This document shows positions 39,258 to 49,462 of a stretch of 64,000 nucleotides of DNA, one piece after another. The notes beneath the pieces are model-generated. The model had not been told where the DNA came from. It saw nothing but the letters and a program-made list of their open reading frames with translations, and made no database searches. Each line of letters begins with the position of its first letter. Within the stretch, counting starts at the first letter, position 1. Origin of the DNA: Nitrosopumilus sp. (GTDB taxonomy: Archaea; Thermoproteota; Nitrososphaeria; Nitrososphaerales; Nitrosopumilaceae); contig OZ242220.1 of the NCBI GenBank assembly GCA_965206745.1, positions 704,001-768,000 on the forward strand, written 5' to 3'. The translations under genes were made by a program, and so were the position numbers.

Positions 39258-40505
39258 TTATTCTGGTTTTTTTTCTATGGTTTTTGGATCTACATCTCCG
39301 CTTTTTTTCTGTTCTTTTCGGTATTCCATTTTTAACCATATTGGAGTTATGATTGTCGTTACTGCAACCATGATTACAATTGTGGAATAGACTTCAGATG
39401 TAAGAATTCCTGCTGTCACTCCGACTCCTGCAACAATCAATCCCACCTCTCCCCTTGAAATCATTCCAATCCCTACTCGCAGTCCCTGCTGTTTGCTTTT
39501 CAAAAACAGCATTGCAGGTAATCCACATCCGAATAATTTTGTTACAATTGCAACTACGATTATTACTGCACTTACCATTAAAATTTCGAAATTAACTGCC
39601 CTTAGGTCTACTTGGGCGCCAATGATTGCAAAGAACAATGGCGCAAAAATCAATCCTATCTTTCCTATGTAATTTTCAATTTTTTCAAATACTTTGGTCG
39701 TTGACAATGCCATGCCTACTGCAAACGCTCCCACAATCGGAGACAGCCCTATTGATCCTGCAAGTGCTGCTGCTCCAAAGAATGACGCAGTCGCAATTCC
39801 TTCTATACTGCCTTTTGCTTTCCAGAGTCTTGGTGTGACTATTTTTGGAATTACGACTACTGCCACAACTAACATTATTGCAAAGAATCCTAGCACTTTC
39901 AAAATCGTGATTGTAACTTCAGTAATGTCTATGTTCTCAATTCCTCCATCCGAACCCGTGATTGATATGACTACTGACAATACTGCAATTGCTAAAATGT
40001 CATCTACTACTGCTGCTCCTATGATTAGTCTAGCTTCTGGAGTTTTAATTTTGCCAAATTCACTTAACACTTGAATTGAAATTGCTATGCTTGTTGCTGT
40101 AAGTGCCGTTGCAATGAGCATTGACTCTAACGCTGCAAATCCGAACATTTGAAAGATCGCAAGACCTGCAAAGAATGGGACAACCACTCCCAATGTACCG
40201 ACTGTAAATGATGCCTTCCCTCCTTTGAGGAATTCTTTTGGTGTCATTTCCAATCCTGCCATGAACAAAATTACAATGGCACCCATTTCTCCAAGTATCT
40301 TGATTTCGTCGTTGATTTGAAGTAATTGCTTTCCGTCCACTATGAAAAATGCACCTAGTGCAAATGGGCCTATGATCATCCCTGCTAGCAATTCTCCTAA
40401 AACAATTGGAAGTTTTAACCTGAGGAAAAGCTCCGCCATCAATTTGGCTGCAAACAAAAGAATTCCTACGCCGATCATTGTCTCAATGAATTGTGCTTCT
40501 GCCAT
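39258..40505 (-). CDS. Cation:proton antiporter (CPA2, NapA/KefB-like)
   Basis: LFMAGLE, ATSIAIS, GAAVVDDILA, GMISRGEV. Confidence 0.9.
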   Translation of the reverse strand: MAEAQFIETMIGVGILLFAAKLMAELFLRLKLPIVLGELLAGMIIGPFALGAFFIVDGKQLLQINDEIKILGEMGAIVILFMAGLEMTPKEFLKGGKASFTVGTLGVVVPFFAGLAIFQMFGFAALESMLIATALTATSIAISIQVLSEFGKIKTPEARLIIGAAVVDDILAIAVLSVVISITGSDGGIENIDITEVTITILKVLGFFAIMLVVAVVVIPKIVTPRLWKAKGSIEGIATASFFGAAALAGSIGLSPIVGAFAVGMALSTTKVFEKIENYIGKIGLIFAPLFFAIIGAQVDLRAVNFEILMVSAVIIVVAIVTKLFGCGLPAMLFLKSKQQGLRVGIGMISRGEVGLIVAGVGVTAGILTSEVYSTIVIMVAVTTIITPIWLKMEYRKEQKKSGDVDPKTIEKKPE

Positions 40506-40576
40506 CTTATCCTGATAAATGCTGAGAAATCTGTCCTATAAGATGATTCTTGATCTTCTTTTTTATTCTTGCTAGA

Positions 40577-41599
40577 TTAGGCAATTTTTATAGAGTTTAC
40601 AAAAACACCCTTCTTTGCAATGATCTGCCCTATTTGCTGACTCTGAATTTTGTGCTTTTTGAATATTGATCGTATTCTTACTGCCTGATCTTTTGGTGCA
40701 ATAACGCAGAATCCAACCCCCATGTTGAAGGTCTTGTACATCTCCTCTGGTTTTACCCCTTGTTCTTGGACTAGTCCCATGATTGATGGGATCTTCGGCA
40801 GTGAATCTATCTCATATCCTGTATTTTTGAGACGTAATAATTTGGTAAACGCGCCTCCTGTTATGTGTGCAAAGCCACTGACTTTGCATTTTTGATTGAT
40901 CTCAAGAACTGGCTTTGTGTAGATTTCAGTTGGTTTTAGCAGTGCGTCCCCTATCACTCCGACACCTTTGACTTTGTCTTTTACGGAATATTTTGTTAAC
41001 AGTGCTTTTCTTGCAAGTGAGTATCCGTTTGAATGGATGCCTGAACTATTTACTCCGATAATCACATCCCCTGCTTTGATTTTATCTCCTAGGATCATCT
41101 CCTTTTTTTCTAGCAATCCTACTACCATTCCGGCTAAATCAAATGCAAATCCATCCCCCTCAATCACATCTGGCATTATGGCCGTTTCCCCCCCTACAAT
41201 CGGCATTGATGATTTTTTAGCCCCCTTTACCAATCCCTCTACGATTTTTTTCAATATTGCTACATTGTTTTTGTTTGCTGCAATATAGTCTACAAATGAA
41301 ATTGGGGTTGCTCCAATACAAATTATATCGTTGACATTCATTGCGACACAATCGATTCCAATGGTGTTGTATTTTTTCATCATGTTTGCAATTACAACTT
41401 TGGTTCCAACACCATCCGTATGCGTAGCTAACAGTCTTCCATCCGGAATTTCGACAATTCCTGCATAATGTCCAAACCCTTGAGTTATCTTTGCCTTTTT
41501 CTGTAGTTTGTGGGTTGACGAAATTAATTTTCCAATGGCCTTTTGGCTCTGTTTAATTTTAGAAATATCCACTCCTGCTTTTTTGTAGGTTAGAGCCAT
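40577..41599 (-). CDS. purM: Phosphoribosylformylglycinamidine cyclo-ligase (AIR synthetase)
   Basis: TYKKAGVD, TDGVGTK, GGETA, SSGIHSNGYSL, AHITGG, TFNMGVG; start at 41599. Confidence 0.96.
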   Translation of the reverse strand: MALTYKKAGVDISKIKQSQKAIGKLISSTHKLQKKAKITQGFGHYAGIVEIPDGRLLATHTDGVGTKVVIANMMKKYNTIGIDCVAMNVNDIICIGATPISFVDYIAANKNNVAILKKIVEGLVKGAKKSSMPIVGGETAIMPDVIEGDGFAFDLAGMVVGLLEKKEMILGDKIKAGDVIIGVNSSGIHSNGYSLARKALLTKYSVKDKVKGVGVIGDALLKPTEIYTKPVLEINQKCKVSGFAHITGGAFTKLLRLKNTGYEIDSLPKIPSIMGLVQEQGVKPEEMYKTFNMGVGFCVIAPKDQAVRIRSIFKKHKIQSQQIGQIIAKKGVFVNSIKIA

Positions 41600-41648
41600 A
41601 GTTTGTTGCGCTTTTGCTGTGAATAAAAGAATTTGCCTAGTACTTGGA

Positions 41649-42374
41649 TCACATATACATGCCAGATATCTCTTCTCTGTGCTCTGCATATTTTTGGGAT
41701 AATTCGCTAAACTCCGAATGAATTCTGTCCTTTTCTTTTCGAAGTTCCGACGTGTCTATTTTCATATCATAAAATCGATTCAATGCCTCAATTAGAGTTA
41801 CAGCAGCAGTAGAGTCAGGCGCTTCCTTGTCTGCTTTTGCCAATAGGGTTAACCCTTGAATCTCCCTTACTAGGCACTCATTTAGTATGCCTCCAGGTAT
41901 CCCTGTGATGAATCCTTGAGGAATCATACTGATGTCTTTATCTGCCATTGTTCTTACTAGATCCTCCTCTGCTGCACAGTATGCTTTGTCGTCATGCTCC
42001 GTACTTGCAACCCCGTCCAAAATTACGATCTCTTTGGATCCTTTCTGAGCCGCCCAGTCTAAAATGGATGATACCAGTGAGAACAGCCCCTCCATCCTCA
42101 ATGTCACTTCGCAAATTATTGCGCATATTGTCCCTTCCTTGTTTGCATAGAATCGAAATGGATGGCGTAATCTGCCTTTCATGAATACAGTTGATGGTGG
42201 CAAGTATTTTGATCTCATCACTGCTATCTCTTCCATGTCTAATTCTGTAATGATGTGGTTAATCGCGACAGGACCCACTAGGCCTGCACCAACAAACCCT
42301 GCAAAGATTATCGGGTTATTCAATTCTACCTTCTTGATTTCAAAAACCTCTGCTTCTGGAAATTCTTTTTGCAC
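41649..42374 (-). CDS. PAC2-family proteasome assembly chaperone
   Basis: AGFVGAGLVG..LPPSTVF..P.RFY..GFITGIPG..PD..AA. Confidence 0.85.
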   Translation of the reverse strand: MQKEFPEAEVFEIKKVELNNPIIFAGFVGAGLVGPVAINHIITELDMEEIAVMRSKYLPPSTVFMKGRLRHPFRFYANKEGTICAIICEVTLRMEGLFSLVSSILDWAAQKGSKEIVILDGVASTEHDDKAYCAAEEDLVRTMADKDISMIPQGFITGIPGGILNECLVREIQGLTLLAKADKEAPDSTAAVTLIEALNRFYDMKIDTSELRKEKDRIHSEFSELSQKYAEHREEISGMYM

Positions 42375-42449
42375 TGCTTACGTCGATTTGTCCTGATTAA
42401 TTACCTTTGTCAATAAGTGAATTGTATGTAAAAATAAAAAAATGTGGGA

Positions 42450-42806
42450 TTAGGCCACATAGTTGGTCTTTTGCATGAAGAGGTTCAACATGATTCTACC
42501 CTTGTCTGTAATCGTATAGATCACATTTGCCCCCACGGCCTCTTTGCTTATGAACTCATAATCTACACACAGGTGCAGATAGTTCAGAAATGATTTTTTC
42601 ATCCTTATCTTTGATTTTGAATACAAATCAGAGAATGTCATGGGGGTTCCTCTTAGTTGGTATAGCAGTTTCAATAAAGATAACGTGCTGTAATCCCGTG
42701 TTCTTGCCTTTACCGCATCTAGGACCTGCTCATCCCTGTATATGATGAAATCCTCGAATTGGTCTGCCACCTCTAGTGGCACGTATGTGAGTCTTGCTCG
42801 TATCAT
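42450..42806 (-). CDS. Winged-helix transcription regulator
   Basis: TFSDLY..KKSFLNYL..YTITDKG C-terminal wHTH pattern. Confidence 0.75.
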   Translation of the reverse strand: MIRARLTYVPLEVADQFEDFIIYRDEQVLDAVKARTRDYSTLSLLKLLYQLRGTPMTFSDLYSKSKIRMKKSFLNYLHLCVDYEFISKEAVGANVIYTITDKGRIMLNLFMQKTNYVA

Positions 42807-42822
42807 ACCGTATGGTACGGTA
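42806..42822. promoter_or_regulatory. Putative autoregulatory operator TACCGTA-TGG-TACGGTA
   Basis: Perfect 7-bp inverted repeat abutting the start codon of the wHTH gene. Confidence 0.6.
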
Positions 42823-42983
42823 CATTACCTTATTAGTGTTTAACTTTGGCATTGTTGATCCTATCAGGTGGTTTTTTTACACCTAATCGCGACCGGATCT
42901 GCCCTGAAATTAGCTTGAATTATTTGATTTGTGAAATTATAGCATATCGCCTGATTTAAACGACCAAAACTAGAAATCAATCT

Positions 42984-43916
42984 GTGGAAATTGCGACAAA
43001 TGCCGTACTGGTTATTATTGGTCTAGCTATGTTGTGTTTCGGCGGTAACTGGCTGGTAAGCGGTGGTGCTGCAATTGCAAGAAGATTTCGTATCAGTAAC
43101 CTTGTGATTGGAATGACGATTGTCGCATATGGTACTTCTACCCCTGAACTTGCAGCAAGTGTCAGGGCAGCTGGTGAGCACAGTGCAATTATTCTTGGAA
43201 ATATTGTTGGAAGCAACATTGCAAACGTTGGCATGGTAATTGGTATTGCTGCAATACTTGTTCCTCTTGCAGTAAGTAAATCCACATTACGAAAAGAGAT
43301 TCCACTTATGCTGGGTGTCTCTTTTTTATTGGTCATGTTATCTATTGACGGTGAACTATCCCAATATGATGGAGTCATACTGCTTGTTGGTTTGGGTATC
43401 TTTGGTTATTACACATACAAAAATGCAATCAAACATAGAGTAGAAGACAACAAGGACTCGCAGAGTAAAAATAATCTTTATCTGAAATCTGCCGGATTAA
43501 TTGGGATCGGCATATCTCTTTTGTATGTTGGTGCAATACTGACAGTTGATAACGCTGTAATTTTGGCAGAAGAGTTTGGATTGTCTGAAAAGCTAATTGG
43601 ACTAACTGTTATTGCAATCGGAACTTCGCTTCCAGAACTGATCACTTCTATAATTGCAATCCGGAAGGGCCATACTGACATTGGTATTGGAAATATCATT
43701 GGAAGTAACATCTACAATATTTTGATGATTATGGGGGTCGGTGCAGCTCTCGGTGGAGTGATAGTTGACGCTGATGTCTATGTTGACTATGCGATCATGT
43801 TTATCTTCAGCCTCTCGTTACTTACTGCTTTGAGGGCTGGGGTAATTGGCAGAGTCACTGGAATTTGCCTGGCAGCCGGATATGTGGCCTATCTGCTAAT
43901 CCTCTTTTTCAAGTAA
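42984..43916 (+). CDS. Ca2+/Na+ antiporter (YrbG family)
   Basis: Two GTS(T/L)PEL alpha-repeats and GNI(V/I)GSNI. Confidence 0.92.
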   Translation: MEIATNAVLVIIGLAMLCFGGNWLVSGGAAIARRFRISNLVIGMTIVAYGTSTPELAASVRAAGEHSAIILGNIVGSNIANVGMVIGIAAILVPLAVSKSTLRKEIPLMLGVSFLLVMLSIDGELSQYDGVILLVGLGIFGYYTYKNAIKHRVEDNKDSQSKNNLYLKSAGLIGIGISLLYVGAILTVDNAVILAEEFGLSEKLIGLTVIAIGTSLPELITSIIAIRKGHTDIGIGNIIGSNIYNILMIMGVGAALGGVIVDADVYVDYAIMFIFSLSLLTALRAGVIGRVTGICLAAGYVAYLLILFFK

Positions 43917-43935
43917 TTCGTGCCTAAATTTAGAT

Positions 43936-45294
43936 CTAAATGGCGTTTACTGAAATATTTTCAGCCTTCAATGATGGGGTGACTGATGACAGCGATGCCC
44001 ATTGGATGACGTTTCTTTGGTTGTTTCCAATGGCTGAAATATTTTTTATCATTGTTGGCATGTTGTGGATTATCCTCACTGATTTTCCAGGACCTGTTAT
44101 TTCTCCGTTTTTAATAACTCTAATTCCGCTTCTGGCAGTGCATGAGAAATCTCCCCTGATGGGATTCACTGCATACGTGTACCATAATCTTCCCACCAAT
44201 ATTCCCTTTCTTGTCTCTTTGATCATCTCTTCCTGAGAGTATTCCCCTGGAGTGACTGTGAGGTTATGTGGAGCTGCGATTGGAATGGGCTCTGAACTTC
44301 GGCCTATTGGAGAATCTGGCCGCGATGCATTACCTGTTGATTTAACTCCTTCCTTGTAACTGTCAAAAAGATTTGAAAAAGTATTTTTGAAAATGCCTTT
44401 TTCTACCAGATTTATTTTTGTTGTTCTTATCCCTTCATCATCTACTGATTTTGTACCTATTCCTTCAGGAATATGTGGGTCATCAACTAAATTGAATTGT
44501 TTGACTGCTATCTCTTTTCCAAAATCACCTGAAAAGCAGCTTTTCTTTTCTGAAAATGTTTTAAAATTGAAATTTGATGCCATCACAAATGCTAATAGTT
44601 CTCCAACCGAATATGGTTCAAAAATTATCGAGTATGTATCTGAATCGATTTTTTGTGGATTTATTGACTCTATGCACATTGTTTTGGCATCCTCTCCTAT
44701 CTGCTTTGAGGAAAAATTTGACAATGTTCTTCCGCTTGCATGCCCGATACCGGAAACCGGCATCTCTCCGCACTCTGATTCTGCATTGATAATTCCTGAA
44801 ATGTATGTTGCTTTTTCTGCAAAACTCAATCCGTTTGAATTCATCAATTCAAAATTTTCAGATGTGATATTGAGTGATCCTGTAATCGCATTTATTTTAT
44901 CCATGCTTGCTGAATTAATCATGTCTTGTGCGATATCCGTGCATTTGGAGCCTGAAATCTTCTCTAACCTTTCATCAAATGTCCCTTTCAGCACTTTGTG
45001 TTCCACTTTGTATGGCAGTCCTGCCCAAAATTCCCTTGGTTTGAGATCTGACAGTATTTTAAATGACTTGTCAATCTCATCTTCTATCTTCTTCTCATCA
45101 GTTGTCTCCATTGACATGATTTTCTTATTGTGAATTAATCTAATTCCAAAATTCTCATTAAAATTATGTTTAATTTCAGCGATTTCTGAATCTGTGATTC
45201 TTACAGTCGTGATCTTTTTCTTAACTCTGATAATATCGCATTCGTCAATTCCTATCTTTTTTGAATGACTGAGTGCCTTTTCTAAGGCTGACAA
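43936..45294 (-). CDS. TldD/PmbA family protein (PmbA/TldE-like)
   Basis: DDP..G....DDEG, STGNA, VNPIRGDFS; no HExxxH seen. Confidence 0.85.
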   Translation of the reverse strand: MSALEKALSHSKKIGIDECDIIRVKKKITTVRITDSEIAEIKHNFNENFGIRLIHNKKIMSMETTDEKKIEDEIDKSFKILSDLKPREFWAGLPYKVEHKVLKGTFDERLEKISGSKCTDIAQDMINSASMDKINAITGSLNITSENFELMNSNGLSFAEKATYISGIINAESECGEMPVSGIGHASGRTLSNFSSKQIGEDAKTMCIESINPQKIDSDTYSIIFEPYSVGELLAFVMASNFNFKTFSEKKSCFSGDFGKEIAVKQFNLVDDPHIPEGIGTKSVDDEGIRTTKINLVEKGIFKNTFSNLFDSYKEGVKSTGNASRPDSPIGRSSEPIPIAAPHNLTVTPGEYSQEEMIKETRKGILVGRLWYTYAVNPIRGDFSCTARSGIRVIKNGEITGPGKSVRIIHNMPTMIKNISAIGNNQRNVIQWASLSSVTPSLKAENISVNAI

Positions 45295-45295
45295 A

Positions 45296-46558
45296 TTACT
45301 GTTTCCTGGGATTTTTGTAATTGAATTTTTTTATTTTAATCAACTCCACATATGATCCAAACTGCGTGTCTGTGACATTATCCATCTTGTCCTCTACTTC
45401 ATCAATGCCGTCAAACTTTTTTAGAACTTCATAGTTTGTGCTTCTCTCGGCTGGAACCCTTCCTATCTCTTTTATCATCCTTCTGATCTCTTTTGGTTTT
45501 AGCAACTGGCCGTATTCTGAACCTGCAGATGTTGAAATGCTCTCGTTGATTAGGGTTCCCCCAAAATCATTTGCTCCCCACATGAGCAACAGCTGTGACA
45601 TTTTTTGTCCCTCTTTTACCCATGACATTTGAATATTATTAATTGAATTATTGAGCATTATTCTTGAAACCGCATGAGTGAGCAGGACATCATTTCCGCT
45701 ACCTCCTTGTCTTATGCCTTGATGCAGCTGGTGTTTGTACATTGGTGCCTCAGTATGGATAAAGTTTAATGGAACAAACTCTGTAAACCCGCCTGTCTCC
45801 TTTTGAATGTCTCTTAGTCTTGCAATGTGCTTTACTCTGTCTTCAGGTGTTTCTACGTGCCCGAACATCATAGTTGAGGTTGTATTGATTCCCATTTTGT
45901 GTGCACCCTTGATCACCCTCTCCCAATCCTCAACACTAATTCTGCCTGGGGATATCTTGTCTCTTAATTCTTGGTCTAAAATTTCAGCCGATGTTCCTGG
46001 AAGCGTATTTACACCTGCTTCCTTCATTCTCTTCAAAAACTCCTCAATTGATACATTTGAGCACTTTGCCCCGTATAGAATCTCTTCAGGCGAAAACCCA
46101 TGAATGTGGATATCTGGAATCTCTTTTTTGATATCTTTGCAAATACTTTCATACAAATTTCCTTCCATGTCCGGTGGAAGCCCTGCCTGGATGCATACTT
46201 CTGTTGCCCCTAACTGATATGCCTCTTTTGCTCTACGTACAATCTCCTCATTTGGAAGGAAATATCCCTCCTCTTCCCTAAAATCCCTACTAAATGCGCA
46301 AAATCCACATTGCTTGACACAGACGTTTGTAAAGTTGATATTCCTATTTACTACATACGATACAATATCTCCGACTCTCCTTCTTCTTAGTTCGTCTGCA
46401 ACTAGGCCTGTCAAATGAAAGTCTGTGCCCTGAGCGCCAAATAACGCTAATCCGTCTTTTACAGATATCTCTTTTTCAGATAATGCATTGTTTAGTATTT
46501 GAGCAACTATGGGATCTGCATTTCTGAAAAGTGAATCTATGTTAGTTATCATCTCCAA
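45296..46558 (-). CDS. cofH: FO synthase subunit 2
   Basis: VVNRNINFTNVCVKQCGFCAFS, PGTSAEIL, GGFTEFVPL, NIQMSWVKEG, GANDFGGTLINESIS. Confidence 0.93.
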   Translation of the reverse strand: MEMITNIDSLFRNADPIVAQILNNALSEKEISVKDGLALFGAQGTDFHLTGLVADELRRRRVGDIVSYVVNRNINFTNVCVKQCGFCAFSRDFREEEGYFLPNEEIVRRAKEAYQLGATEVCIQAGLPPDMEGNLYESICKDIKKEIPDIHIHGFSPEEILYGAKCSNVSIEEFLKRMKEAGVNTLPGTSAEILDQELRDKISPGRISVEDWERVIKGAHKMGINTTSTMMFGHVETPEDRVKHIARLRDIQKETGGFTEFVPLNFIHTEAPMYKHQLHQGIRQGGSGNDVLLTHAVSRIMLNNSINNIQMSWVKEGQKMSQLLLMWGANDFGGTLINESISTSAGSEYGQLLKPKEIRRMIKEIGRVPAERSTNYEVLKKFDGIDEVEDKMDNVTDTQFGSYVELIKIKKFNYKNPRKQ

Positions 46559-47718
46559 TACTCCTCTTTTACGAATCCTTCCTCATCTTCAATGACTGCC
46601 ATCTTGCCTCTTAACTCTTTGCTAATAAAAGAAAAATATTCTGGGTATACGGGGAATCTGCATTTTAAATCAAAACCTGCTTTTCTTGAATTTTCATCTA
46701 CTCTGTCAATTGCAGGCCAGGAAAATTCTGGATTTACAAAATCCGGCGTAAGCGGGGATATTCCTCCCCAGTCATTTATCCCTACTGACAAGAAATCTTG
46801 ATATGATTTTGGAGACAGGTTTGGTGGAATTTGTATGTTCATTTGTGGCATGATGATTCTTGATAATGCCACAACTAATTTGAAATACTTTTCATCTGCA
46901 GACGGTTTGTCTTTCATTACTGTATCTGGTTTTGGCTGAAAGTTTTGTAAAATCACTTCCTGAATGTTCCCATGTTTATCATCTAGTTGTTTTATTGCAA
47001 ACAATGAATCGATTATCTCATCAATAGTCTCGCCGATGCCTACCAAAATACCTGTGGTCATTGGGATGCCCAGTCTTCCAGAATTTTCCAAAATTTCCAA
47101 TCTTACTTTTGGTCTTTTGCTTGCCGCTAAATGATGTGGCATTCCTTTCTCAGTTAGTCTTTGACTGACATTCTCTAACATTATTCCCATCGACACATTT
47201 GTTTTCTTCAATTCCTTCATCTCTTCGTAATTTAGATTTCCCGCATTTGTATGTGGGAATAATCCCATCTCTAATGCAAGTTCTGAAGAATGGATTAGGT
47301 ATTCTGCAGTAGATTTGAATCCATTTTCCTTTAACCAATCCCGAGCTTCTTGATATCTCTGTTCTGGTTGCTCACCTGTAACAAAAAGAGCTTCGACACA
47401 TCTGTATTTTTTTGCAAGTGTCAACAACTCTGATATTTGCCGCTTTGACATCAAAGAAATCTTTGCCTCTCCAGGTTCGGATTTGTATGTGCAATAGGAA
47501 CATGTATCTTTACAAAGATTGACAATGTTGAAAAATGCTTTTTTGGAAAATGTTACGGATTTTTTTTTGAATTTCTTCCTTAGGTTTTGTGAAACTTGAA
47601 ATAGATCATTTGGGTTTTTTGTTGCATTTTTATAAATATCACTGATGTCTTGACGAGAAGCCTGCTTGCCCTCTAAAATATTATTAAAGATCTCTGAATC
47701 AAAGACAAGATTATTCAT
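46549..47718 (-). CDS. cofG: FO synthase subunit 1
   Basis: LCKDTCSYCT, PHTNAG, TTGILVGIGE, EVILQNF, IQIPPNL, DWGGISPLTPDFVNPE. Confidence 0.93.
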   Translation of the reverse strand: MNNLVFDSEIFNNILEGKQASRQDISDIYKNATKNPNDLFQVSQNLRKKFKKKSVTFSKKAFFNIVNLCKDTCSYCTYKSEPGEAKISLMSKRQISELLTLAKKYRCVEALFVTGEQPEQRYQEARDWLKENGFKSTAEYLIHSSELALEMGLFPHTNAGNLNYEEMKELKKTNVSMGIMLENVSQRLTEKGMPHHLAASKRPKVRLEILENSGRLGIPMTTGILVGIGETIDEIIDSLFAIKQLDDKHGNIQEVILQNFQPKPDTVMKDKPSADEKYFKLVVALSRIIMPQMNIQIPPNLSPKSYQDFLSVGINDWGGISPLTPDFVNPEFSWPAIDRVDENSRKAGFDLKCRFPVYPEYFSFISKELRGKMAVIEDEEGFVKEEYWR

Positions 47719-47767
47719 CAGAAGAATTTCTTGTTAAGACGTATTTATGCTTGTATTTACATCCTTT

Positions 47768-48973
47768 TCAACTTGGTCTTTCTTCTAGTATGATTGTGAT
47801 ATTTGTAGTCCTGCCGTCTCTTAGTACTTGTAAAATCATCTCATCTCCTATCGATTTTACTCTTTGCAGATGAATCAGGATATCATCAATCTTCCTAACT
47901 TCGATTTCATCTACTGCCAAAATGATGTCCCCCCCGACTGGATAACTTACTCCGTCAACCTCAATAGTTTTATCTGAGCCGATTAGCCCTGCATCTGCTG
48001 CAGGACTGTCCTCAACAACTGTGATTACTAGAAATCCAATTGCATCTTTTAGATTCAGCACATTTGCCATGTCTGGATCTATGTCTCTGCCTGCAATTCC
48101 AATCCATGGATGTTTGTATTCCCCACTATCAATTAATATTGGGACAATCTTGGCAACTGTCTGTGACGGAATTGCAAATCCCACACCTGTAAATTCCCCT
48201 GTTCCTGATTGTATTGCTGTGTTGATCCCGACTATTTCTCCACGCATGTTGAGTAGTGGTCCTCCAGAATTACCTGGATTGATTGCCGCATCTGTTTGAA
48301 TCACATCTGGAATTTGATAATTTGATTCTGATGGGAGCAGTCTGCCTAGTTGACTAATGATCCCCGATGTCATAGATCCTGAAAGTCCAAAGGGATTCCC
48401 AATTGCCGCTATCTGTTCCCCTACTTTGAGACTGGCGGAATCTCCAATTGCTAGTGGATGCAGTAGAGCCAAATCTGCATTAACTTTGATTATTGCAATG
48501 TCTGTATACTCATCTGCTCCGATAATGTCTGCATTATATGATCTGCCGTCTAGAAACGTAACAATTACTTTGGTTGCATCTTTTATTACGTGTGCATTTG
48601 TAATTATGTGTCCTTTCTTGTCAAAAACAAAACCTGATCCTACTCCGCCCCTTGCTTCTTGGGTTTCTGTTCTTTGTACATTAACTCTGACTACTCCTGA
48701 CTCTGCTTTTTCAAAAATTTCAATTAATGACAAATTTTTAGAAAATGACGATGGGCTCTCTTCAACGATATTTTTGATTTCTAAGTCTGATACTTCTTGT
48801 TTTGATACTTCTTGCCTTGATGATTCTTGCTTTAACATCTCTTGTTTTAGTACTTCTTGCCTTAGCGATTCTTGCTTTAATGATTCTGGCGGTGCAATAA
48901 ATAATACTACAACAATGGCCATTACCATTGCCGCTCCTATAGCTCCTCCTACAACCATTCCTGACTTGTCCAC
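47768..48973 (-). CDS. HtrA/DegP-like membrane-anchored serine protease with PDZ domain
   Basis: GSGF, ITNAHV, QTDAAINPGNSGGPL; N-terminal TM followed by 5-aa xxKQE repeats. Confidence 0.92.
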   Translation of the reverse strand: MDKSGMVVGGAIGAAMVMAIVVVLFIAPPESLKQESLRQEVLKQEMLKQESSRQEVSKQEVSDLEIKNIVEESPSSFSKNLSLIEIFEKAESGVVRVNVQRTETQEARGGVGSGFVFDKKGHIITNAHVIKDATKVIVTFLDGRSYNADIIGADEYTDIAIIKVNADLALLHPLAIGDSASLKVGEQIAAIGNPFGLSGSMTSGIISQLGRLLPSESNYQIPDVIQTDAAINPGNSGGPLLNMRGEIVGINTAIQSGTGEFTGVGFAIPSQTVAKIVPILIDSGEYKHPWIGIAGRDIDPDMANVLNLKDAIGFLVITVVEDSPAADAGLIGSDKTIEVDGVSYPVGGDIILAVDEIEVRKIDDILIHLQRVKSIGDEMILQVLRDGRTTNITIILEERPS

Positions 48974-49462
48974 GAGATTTTTATTCTCTGTTTTCTATCT
49001 AAAAGGCTTACTATGTATGATTCTGTTTACTCTGCTGTTACCTATGAATGGCATTTATTTATGTTCAATTGACAAGTAAACCATATTGGCCGCTCTGCGT
49101 TGTCTATTCTGATTCTTTCTGCACATCAAAATATACAGCCACACGTCAAATATGGACAAATTTCGCAACCAATCTGATGGCCTTTAGAATCATCTCACAT
49201 GATTTTTCCAACATTTTGCTTCCTTTCTTGCTTCTCTTTTGCGTCTTTATTCGTATTATCTTGAAATAATCTCTTGATCTCTTGTACTGTGTAGATGTTT
49301 CAGATACCGTTGATGTTTCTGAGTGTCCGAAATCTTTTTCAGTTTGTCATACTACCATTTCATATAAAGCAACAGAGTATTTTTCTGAATAACCCGGAGA
49401 AGATCTTGGCATAAAAAGAACTAGTCTACAGCCGCAGTGAAAAAATCCAAGTTAACATTATA

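Noticed and set aside
49048-49269. 73-aa ORF in the htrA-glycosyltransferase spacer
   Set aside because: No recognisable motif or convincing promoter; the spacer may be a decayed gene, but I could not identify it.
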